Source: Lama guanicoe | Taxonomy: Eukaryota | Length of the DNA stretch: 64,000 nt | Reading direction: 5' to 3' | Assembly (NCBI GenBank): GCA_013239625.1 | Contig: MU054187.1 | Span: forward strand, 12,255,325 to 12,319,324 | In this document: piece by piece, positions 55,001 to 64,000 of the stretch | How positions within the stretch are numbered: position 1 is the stretch's first letter | Layout: each line of letters opens with the position of its first letter | Notes under the pieces: generated by a model | The model's input: only the letters and a program-made list of their open reading frames with translations | Told to the model about the DNA's origin: nothing | Database searches by the model: none | Program-made: the position numbers and the translations under genes

Positions 55001-56769
55001 AAATTATAACCATATTTAAACCAAAATAGTGAAAGAATTGCTGAGAGTGTAAGTTAAAACTAATGATTTCAAATATTTTCAGTATCCTGAGTTTATTTTT
55101 TGTAAGACAAAGGGGAAGCTGCCGATGCAGCTTGACAATGTAAACAAATACAAAAATATCTCCTAATTATTCCCTTCTTCACTGTCTATGTGAAGGAAGG
55201 GAAAGGAATAAAGGAAATGAAAGCCATGAGTTCACACTCACAAACCAAAACCACAAGAAAAATAATCTAAAACCAGACTATAGGAGGCACGAGAAAAGCA
55301 AGATTGTACACAAGAAGTGATTTTGCAACACTAACAGGGTAAAACCCACATTCCTGCCACAAGCCTCGTGCTTTCAAACAGGCCACACAGCTGGCGGTCT
55401 TGAAAGCATTCCAGATAGGAACCAAGATAGTAAGAAAAATCAGTAGGTCTCAGGACTGAACAGAGCCCTCATCTGATTCTGATGAAACACTGCCCTGCTG
55501 GGGTCTAGTATGATGGGAGCCAGAAACCCAGTTAAACAGATGATTATAACTTACACAGAAAAATCCGAAAGAAACATTCCTTTGAATGTGGGCCTCTTTA
55601 GTTAATAATGAACTGTCCGAAGTATTAAAAAAATGCTTTCTAGAGAGAGTCACCCATGTGATGCATAATATGGGGGAATGCTTCAAAGATCCTCCAGAGG
55701 TACGCTTGGGGCAAAATCTACGCTGGGTAAACTAGGCTGGTGTGACGACTGAAGGTCCAGCTTCCTCTGGAAGTCAAAGCACCATGTGGTTGAAAAGAAG
55801 GACTTACAGGATTTGGAGACTGAACCTGGTTTACAAGCTCAAGGGCTGTTTAATGAGCTGTTTTAAAGGGACCACATTTTCACCAAGCCCTGGGAGTGTC
55901 CCCTATGAAACTACCTTGACCAGCTCCAAGAAGACCAACATCTTCCTACACAACTCCCAAACGCTTTATCTCAGCTGCCACAGAACTCTCTAAAGCAGCA
56001 CTCTGGTTTTGTTTTCAGAATATTCAAGAAATTACTCATCCAAGAGATCTGGAGTGGACACCTAAGAGCTGGCTGTGCCACACGGCTGTCCTTCACCAAA
56101 CAGGAAGTAAAACAGCATTCTTTCCTATGAGGCTTGACATTTTCTATTGTTACCAGGAATACTTTTCTGTTTTTTTAAGCTAGAATATATTCTGTAAATA
56201 AGCTTCTTAAATAATGTTTTCCTCTAAGTTAAAAAATACAGCTTTGAGAAGAGGATAAAATGAACAAGTGAATAAATCTATCCACAAATTGCCAGTAACT
56301 TCATTTCATCACATCACCTAAATATAGTCCTAAGAAAACGGTCACGTTTTCCATTAAATACACGTACACTGATACCAGTTTTGTTCTTACTGACATCTGC
56401 TTCTTTCAACAAAGTCACGTCTCTAGATCTTAGTCAAGACTATTAATATGAGTTGATGCCTATTATAAAGATTTAGTGATACTTAAGATAAACAGTAGTG
56501 ATTATAATACAAATGGACTAGATAATGTTATGAGTTTCCTTTTCACTTAGGAAGCAATATTCATTCCAAATACAAAAAACTGTTTATTTCCATAAGCAAG
56601 ATACCAATTACTGTGTGATAATAAACAATACTGTCAGAGCAATAAGAGCACTTAAGGGTATTATTCAAAATGTTAGATCCAATATTTGAATTTAAATAAA
56701 GTTTTTCCTCTAGTATCTTCTGAGGATATCATGACTGAGAGATATTAAACCATAGTAAAATTTGTGTAA

Positions 56770-56990
56770 GTTTTGGAAACCAACAGATCATAGTTCAAAT
56801 ACTGACTTCTGCCATTTATTGTATGTATGATCCTAAGTTAATTAACCTCTCTTTGCCTTAGTTTCTTCATCTGTAAAATGGGAATAATATACACCATCCT
56901 GCATTTTTAAGAGTTTAAGAAAACACATGTAACGCACATATGGAAGCATTTGGTCCACAGTAGGCGCTGGATAATTACAGTAATTACTAT
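56770..56990 (+). mobile_element. MIR SINE
   Basis: agttcaaatactgacttctgccattta...ttaacctctctttgccttagtttcttcatctgtaaaatgggaataat. Confidence 0.88.
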
Positions 56991-57324
56991 AATCATTACT
57001 GAAGTTGCAGAGACTAACCAACTAATTCCTAATAATAGCCGCAAAAAGTGAAGTGTTCAGGACCCTCAGAAATATTTCAAAGAATTTGTTTTAAAGATGT
57101 TTTTAGACTTGAACTTCTAGGTTCCACAAGTGCAGATAACATCCCCGTCATCAGGCTGTGTCATAAGGCTCTTTTATTAGGTACTTTCTTGACGTTAGTG
57201 AGAGGCAAGCTGGTATCCCATCATTACATGAAACCCTACGACTGCCAAATACTGAGTCAGATTTAACTAATACATAAACTACTCACACTATGCTAAACAC
57301 TCTGGGAGGCTGCATCAAATTTTT

Positions 57325-57600
57325 CAACAGCTAGTCAGTGAGTATTTATTGAGTCCACTGTGTATACAGTTGTGTGCTGCCAACTTGGCACACACATCAG
57401 TGATTAACATAATCCCTGCCCTCAAAGAGTTTACCATCTATAGGAAACAAACAAAAGAGAAATTAATGAAAAATATAGGAAAATACACTATTATACTGAA
57501 CAATTGGCTAAAGATGGTTATACAGAGTGACTGGTGGATAACTGATGTTAATGAGAAAAGCTTCTTTGAGTTGGTCAGCTTTGTTATGTTTTTAAAAACA
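57325..57600 (-). mobile_element. L2 LINE 3' end
   Basis: agtatttattgagtccactgtgt...aatccctgccctcaaagagtttaccatcta. Confidence 0.7.
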
Positions 57601-58829
57601 GGAGAGAATATAATGGATGACTAATAGATGAGAAGCGGTTATAAATATAAAATTGCAATTTGGACACTGAATGCAGCAACAGTAAGAAAGCTTATCAAAG
57701 TAAGATAAAACCTAAGTAATTACCACAATGAAAAGCAAAATCATCTGGGGTAGAAAAAGAATAAAATTAGCCAACTTTCAAAACATTACTGATGAGAGTG
57801 ATAACCTGATCTGGAAATTTAATAAAATTTAAAAATGAGTATTTGATACATTCATTCCTTTGCTCATTATTCAACCTAGGGAGAAAAATCTTTGCCTAGA
57901 GAAACTTAAATTTATTACCAGGACCAAGTTTCTGTAAAACTATGGGTAAATCAAACTGCTGATTATATGGTTATAATATTGCCTAACTCAATATTGCCTA
58001 CCAAGGTATCTTTCTGTCATTCTGTGTGAGTCTGTGAGTGGAACGTTCAGATTTTCTAGGGAAAACACTTCAAAACAAACCCCAAAAAGGGCAAAATTAT
58101 AAAGAATAAAATGGGTATGTACACACAAAGGTTCAAATATTACATGGCAAGTTAATGGTGTTCCCAGGACAATCCTGATCTTCAGTGCGGACGAGCAACT
58201 TTCCGTGAGCAGTTCAGGGTCCCACTTCCCAGGCCTAGACCCTCACAGTGAGGGTCTATGACTGGTCCTAAACACCACCCTACTCAGCTCTGCAACTCTT
58301 TTTTCTCCCCCTCTCCGAATCTGTCTTAAAAAATAAAGTACTCCACTTTTTCAAGATTGACATGCATATGCCGAAGATACATATTCTTTGGACAAAACCG
58401 ATCAAGTAAGCTAGTGATTACTGCACTTCACATTTCTGTGTCTTCTCCATCTTATCAATATGTATGTTACCTAACTTCAAAAGGATATGCTGAGGTCTAT
58501 TTTGTCAATCTGCATCCAAAATCTAGTGCAAACTTTCATTCGCTTATTCCCTATGAACTTATCAAGCACCAGGTGCTAGAGGGTATTAACATTATCCTTA
58601 CCCTTAAGAGATGTACCTTACAGATCAACAATCTCTATAAGAAAATGAAAACCTTTTCTTACTCAACCCAAGAAGATTCTGCTATCCCTGGAACTTGTTA
58701 GAGATGTGAGAATAGGTCCTGTTTCCAAACTTAACCTCATATCCGGAGCAGCTCTTTCAAATCATGTCTGTTCTACCTGTCTCCCTTGAATGAAGCTACT
58801 ATTCACTCTGTTCTTTTTAGATTTTCCTC

Positions 58830-59465
58830 TCTAAGATAATAAACAAATGTTCATTCTGGAAAACAGAGAGCAGTAGAAAACCGAGAGAAATTAAGTTCAC
58901 TACCGCCCCACATACTGCTGAAGTACCTTTTGTTACTAGTTTAAAAGTTTAGCTAATATTTTCATTTAGTTTATCTCTTTCACGTGTTTTTTTATCTGTA
59001 TCTTTACACATGATTAAATATAACTCTATATAACAATTTCCCACTCTGCTGTTTTTCCCTTACTGTAATTGTTATAACATCATTTACTTAACCATTTCTT
59101 CCCCGTTTAACAGCACTGTTTCCATTGTTTCCCTGTTTAGAAACTGTATGATGGGAATCTCTGCACATAAATTTCATCTGGATACACAGCTATTTCCTTA
59201 AGACAAGAGTATCAGGAGTGGCATTCCTATGTCAAAAGATATGACTGATGGTAAAGCTCCTGATATATGAAGCCAGTGATTTTCAGAAAATACCAATTCA
59301 TACCACAAACTAGTAGTTCATGAAAATGCTCTTTAATCACAAACTCATTAACAAAGGGCAGACTCTCTTTCATTCATTCCTTCACTTTACTAAATTGATA
59401 GGTAAGAAACAACATCTTACTGCAGTTTTTGCTTGTATTTTTTATTTAAGAATATACTATTTTTC
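58830..59465 (-). mobile_element. Very old L1 (L1ME/MC-like) fragment
   Basis: catttacttaaccatttc, tatttccttaagac...ggagtggcattcctatgtcaaaaga, ccaattcataccac. Confidence 0.6.
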
Positions 59466-60886
59466 ATAGAGGCTAAAATGAGACTTGGATTTCTCCTAGG
59501 ATCTTCGACATGGGGGGCCCAGTAACTTGGTCTGGTCTTTCTGGCCAGAGCTTAGTCACCTCCACTTCATCATCTCCTAAATGGCGGCCATTACCACCAG
59601 CATCCCTAGCAGCAGACTGCTCTCCCCAGGACACGCCTACACCCCAGTGGCAGACAGCTCAAATGGAGCCACCAGAAAACCAGCCTGGACTAGTCTTTAC
59701 TCCCCCATAACTAGCGAGACAAGCCAAAAACACTGGATTAAGATTTTGCAGATTTCCTCAGAAACTCCCACTGTTCTTAATACTTTTCTCAACCCTTCCT
59801 AACGCCCACGGCATGGCTGAGCACAGTACCACTTCCAAGAAGCCTAGTACTTACAACACAAACTGTGAGCCTGTGCATATCATGCATGTAAAATACACAG
59901 AGAACCTTAGTAATCAAGTTACTACCGGATACGTACATGTCAACCTGTGTCTGTATGTGTATAAAGTACACATGCTTTTATCCCTATTACCTAAGTTTTC
60001 CCACATACATGCGAAAAGATAAAGGCATTTTACTGCTACTTGTTCAAAATAGTGATGGCAATAAAAATACAAATAAAGTCATGGAAGACTGACCTTCCAC
60101 TACAGAGAAGTGGGTGGGGGAGAGTTCAAGTGTTGTGATCCTAGGATCATAAAGAGAACTAAAGTCATCTGTAACATGGAAGGTTCAGGTGAGGAAAACT
60201 GGCATTAAGTTTTTCATTTCTTATGTTACTTACATACGATGAATCATAAAGATTGTTGGTCATAGCCTTTGTGATCTAATAGTGAAGATTTTAAACCCAA
60301 AAGCTAATCAGGTGCCGTTCTCTGTTATGCAGATTTACTGCTAAACACACTGGAGGCTGTAAGGTATTTTCCCAACAGCCAGGATCTTCCACACGCACAA
60401 AGGTGGAGTAAGAGAGGTAACCAAGTATTTAGTCTTCAATGGTTTTAAACTTTGAAATAAACTTTTTGGTGGTAGTCCATAAACTCAACACTGACTTACA
60501 AAAGGAAGGAATGGCCTTCCAAAAATAAAAGGCCTCAGCTACCTTACTGTGATTCTAATAAATAACTCATTTACTAGGTTTCTCTAGAGACGGCACTCTT
60601 GTATAGGACAATCAATAACTCAGTCCTGTCCTGAGAGCTCTTTTCCAGCAACTAACCCACTTCATCGCCTTTGCTTAAGCTTTCCTTGCCTCACTTCAAA
60701 CTTTTCCATTCCTACTTCAAGATTACAGCCTTGAAGTTTGCTCAAGGAGAGCAACACATTCCGCTCTGTGTCATCTCTTACAGCACAAGCGCACATGAGC
60801 CGTCTCCAGATGAACAGCAACCTTGCCGTCCGCTCATTCACATGTTGAATATTATACCTGAAACCAACAGTAAAAGAATACTCAAC

Positions 60887-60958
60887 AGAAAGCAAGACTG
60901 CAGTATGTCTCCTCTCCTCATGAATCTTTACCCTGAAATTCTTAGAAGAGCCATTCAA
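60887..60958 (+). mobile_element. Fossil non-LTR retrotransposon reverse-transcriptase motif
   Basis: Translates as RKQDCSMSPLLMNLYPEILRRAIQ, resembling the LINE RT motif [22 protein letters not shown]. Confidence 0.5.
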
Positions 60959-61340
60959 ATATTGCCCAAAAGATACTTCAAAGCTTAACTACCAAACTGC
61001 CTCACCTGACTGTATTCCACAGATAATTGATTCGTAAAATTCTTCAACCCATTCTCTATTATAACAATAATTTAAAAAAATAATGGCATCCATCACAACA
61101 CTGACTGACAAAGTTAATTCAGTTAAAAGCCAACCAGTTAAACAGAGCAGCAGTACAATCCGGCAATATGACTGTGTTTACGACTAACCAGAACACTCCA
61201 GCTAAAGCAAACCCACTAAACCACAGAAAGAAATCCATGTGAATTTCCAAAGTCATTTTTGACCTTACTAGAGAAAGCAATCATACAGTAGATAATATGA
61301 CTAAACACTGATGTATTAAAAGAGTTTAAAGAACAGAATA

Positions 61341-61378
61341 AGATAGATAGGTAGGTAGGTAGGTAGATAGGTAGGTAG
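61341..61378. repeat. (GATA)/(GGTA)n tetranucleotide repeat
   Basis: agatagataggtaggtaggtaggtagataggtaggtag. Confidence 0.92.
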
Positions 61379-62329
61379 GGGTTTAAAGCTGCATTACCTA
61401 CCAAGTGCTTCCAACAATCCCCGGTGCTTCGGGAGACAGCATTTTAATGAACTAAGTACATGCATCCCGTAGGCTCAACCCACATTTCCTGATTTCTATG
61501 ACAAAGATTGTCATTAACCTACCAAGATCACCAGGAATGCTGTACCAATGTGGCCACACTTAAGTAAACCTTTCATCTACTTGAGCAAAACAAAAACATT
61601 GTGAAACAGGTATGGCAGGTCATACGACTTAGCACTATTATACATCAGTTTCAGATGAGACCGCCTGACTAATCCGCGTACCTGAGACTCATGCAGGAAA
61701 GGCAAACACGTGTAACCTGCACAAACTGGGAAAAACAAGAACTAGTCAATTCAAGTAATTCTTAGCAAAATAACTTTATTATGTAAACCATCCAATGAGT
61801 ACAGTTCTAGATGAAGTCTGATAGATTACATGTAATTGCTATATTTTGAATCAAAAAAAGACCTCGAGTTTCTAGTTATAAAGGTCCTCACTGAGTTATT
61901 CTACAAGACAATTTGTAAGTTTGTGACACACAAGTCTTCTTTGTAGACATCATTTGTAACCTTGAGTCCTCCAATAAAGGTATTTACCATCTTAAATTCC
62001 TTTAAAATTTCCCTTACATAAAACTCTTAATGAAACAAGTGGTTTCTAGAATATTTCACCTACTTATTATAGGAAAAACTTTATTAATATCAGTGACTAC
62101 ACAGCAATCAAGATTTGCTTATAAAGACAAGGCTGGTGTGGGGGGAACCTCAGTAATATTCAAGACCAGGCACACAACTACTAATCTTTATATACAGATA
62201 AGAATATACATTTCATGTAAAACATCTTTTCCATTTTAAAAATAACTTTTAATTTGCATTACTGGTATCAGACTAGATACCACCAGAATAAATAAAATTT
62301 AAAAGGGGAAAAGATTAATAGGACCAACA

Positions 62330-62965
62330 ATACCACCATATGATGAGGGTGGGGAGCAACCAGAAACCCCATACGTTGCTGATGGGAGTGAAAACCTGTA
62401 TGATTACTTGAAAAACTGATTGGCAGTACCTACTACAGCTTGACATATATATTCCCAAGACCCAGGATTTCAATCTTGGGTATATACCCAAGAGGAGTGA
62501 ACATAAAACATGTATAAAACTAAAAACATGCAAAAGAATGCCTCATAGCAGCTTTATTCTTAATAATCAAAAATGGAAATGACCCAGATGTCCATCAACA
62601 AGATGAATACAACACTTTAATATAATCACACAATGAAACACTATACAGTCATGAAAAAGAAGAAATAAACACTATGCCACAACATGGATGAACCTCACAG
62701 ATGTAATGCTGAGGAAGAAAAATCTGACACCAGAGAATACACTCTATATGATTCAACTTTTACAAATTTCAAGAACTGGTATAACTAGTAAAAGGGGACT
62801 CGATCTGTGGGGATGGAGATCAGAACAGTGGTCATTGTAGGGCGAATACTGTTGAGAGAAGGCACACAAGAGCCTCCTGGGGTGCTGGAAATATTTACTG
62901 AATTGACCTGGGTAGTATTCACAAAGGTGTATACATATTCACACATATATAAAAACTCACTTGAG
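62330..62965 (+). mobile_element. L1 (L1M) 3' region
   Basis: ttgctgatgggagtgaaaa, aaatggaaatgacccagatgtccatcaaca, caacatggatgaacctcacag, tttactgaattgacctgggt. Confidence 0.85.
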
Positions 62966-62974
62966 TCATATTCC

Positions 62975-63120
62975 ATCTTACCACTTTCTGGCTTCCTGAC
63001 CTTTATAAGTTATTTAATTCCTCTAAACCTAACTTTTCCTCTATAGGATGGGGATAATACCTTTGACACAGGGTGGATATTAAGATTAAAAACATTCAAA
63101 AAATGGTAGTAACTATTATC
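62975..63120 (+). mobile_element. MIR SINE
   Basis: gacctttataagttatttaattcctctaaacct...ctataggatgggataatacct...agggtgg...aagattaaa. Confidence 0.65.
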
Positions 63121-64000
63121 ATCTCCTGTTTTTTTATTTGCATCAACAGAGGAATATGGTGAAAGGATTTATGAATGCCAATAGCAAAAAGAAAGAACCT
63201 ACAGTCATGGAAAAAAATCAGACACAAGTTTTTAAACTTTGGACAAGTCTGAAGCCACACAGTATAGAACCAAAAAGCTGAACACAGCTTAACAAAAATT
63301 CATATGCAGTCACAAGAAAAGGATAAATTATGTTTATGTAATCTTAGAAGGTGTGAAGGCATATAATAACTTACGAAAAGTTACCAGTTGATGTGGTTAA
63401 ATAAAATAAAAGCAATTCTAACACCTAAGGGTTGGTTATCTTCAGTTACCTGGAAAAGGCAGTTATGCAAAGTGAACAGATAAGAAATTAATCATTTCTT
63501 ATTAATTTCAAGTAATGTCCTCTCCTAAATAAAAACTGTCAGTTTGATTTAAAGCCTCTCATACTCCCTTTTACTTAAGAACAGTCAACAGAGAAGATGT
63601 TCTAACACTAAGGAGGGGTTTATTTAATCCCAAATTGCTCATAATAGCATAGCTTTTAATTATAAAATGCAAATGCCATGTTTAAATTACAACTATAGCA
63701 AAGGTGTTACAGTTTTAACATATTATTTTCTGGATTTTTTTCTTATAATAATGGTCAAAAGTAAAATTATTATTTCTTATAAATTGTCTCTGCACAGAGA
63801 GCTTTCTCACTAAAACAAAACAAAACAGAATCTAACTTTTACCAACCACTGCAATGCCAGAGCGCTAAGGTAAAAAGCTTACCTAACACAATACAGTTCA
63901 GCACATAAGTAATTGCAAAAGATCATTCAATCTTCAAACTTTTACTACAGCTTTTACAAATTCTATTTGAATTCAAATTTGAATTTGAATTTGAATTCTA

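Larger units (their letters stand above)
1..64000 (-). other. NCOA2: Inferred host gene span: NCOA2 intron 1 (38607-64000), exon 2 and intron 2 (1-38549); no coding exons seen
   Basis: Inferred from the recognised exon and from recalling that NCOA2 exon 2 is flanked by very long introns; no other credible exon pattern in the window. Confidence 0.8.

Noticed and set aside
63876..63885. Minus-strand donor-like TAG|gtaagc near the window end
   Set aside because: No convincing acceptor within the window, and isolated donor motifs are common
63966..63998. (TTTGAA)n-like repeat with a palindromic core
   Set aside because: Short low-complexity repeat at the window edge with no sign of function
1..64000. 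Supplied six-frame ORFs (60-152 aa) as protein-coding genes
   Set aside because: They are short, many start at non-ATG codons and many overlap MIR, L2, L1 or MLT repeats. None shows a recognisable domain apart from the one RT-like motif, as expected for random intronic ORFs
1..64000. Prokaryote-type systems (CRISPR arrays, operons, defence islands), rRNA or tRNA genes
   Set aside because: The sequence is mammalian intron; I saw no repeat-spacer arrays, gene-dense regions or recognisable structural RNA genes

Overview
This is AT-rich mammalian genomic DNA that is almost entirely intronic. One 57-nt exon on the minus strand (38550-38606) has canonical splice sites and matches my recollection of the non-coding 5'-UTR exon 2 of NCOA2 (TIF2/GRIP1/SRC-2). 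The window therefore most likely covers the end of NCOA2 intron 1 (right of the exon) and the start of intron 2 (left of it). The rest is ancient eutherian repeats (MIR, L2, L1M, MLT1 LTRs), microsatellites and four short, younger L1 3'-end insertions whose target-site duplications (TSDs) are still visible. The young L1 tails look camelid-like and I see no Alu, B1, Bov-tA, PRE1 or SINEC elements, so a camelid host is my inference. None of the supplied ORFs is a credible protein-coding gene, and I found no convincing new biological system. The best leads are a GC/CpG-rich candidate alternative promoter or enhancer with downstream splice donors, candidate unannotated 5'-UTR cassette exons, TSD-flanked L1 micro-insertions and an isolated reverse-transcriptase motif fossil. 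Repeat families and boundaries were assigned by eye and are approximate.
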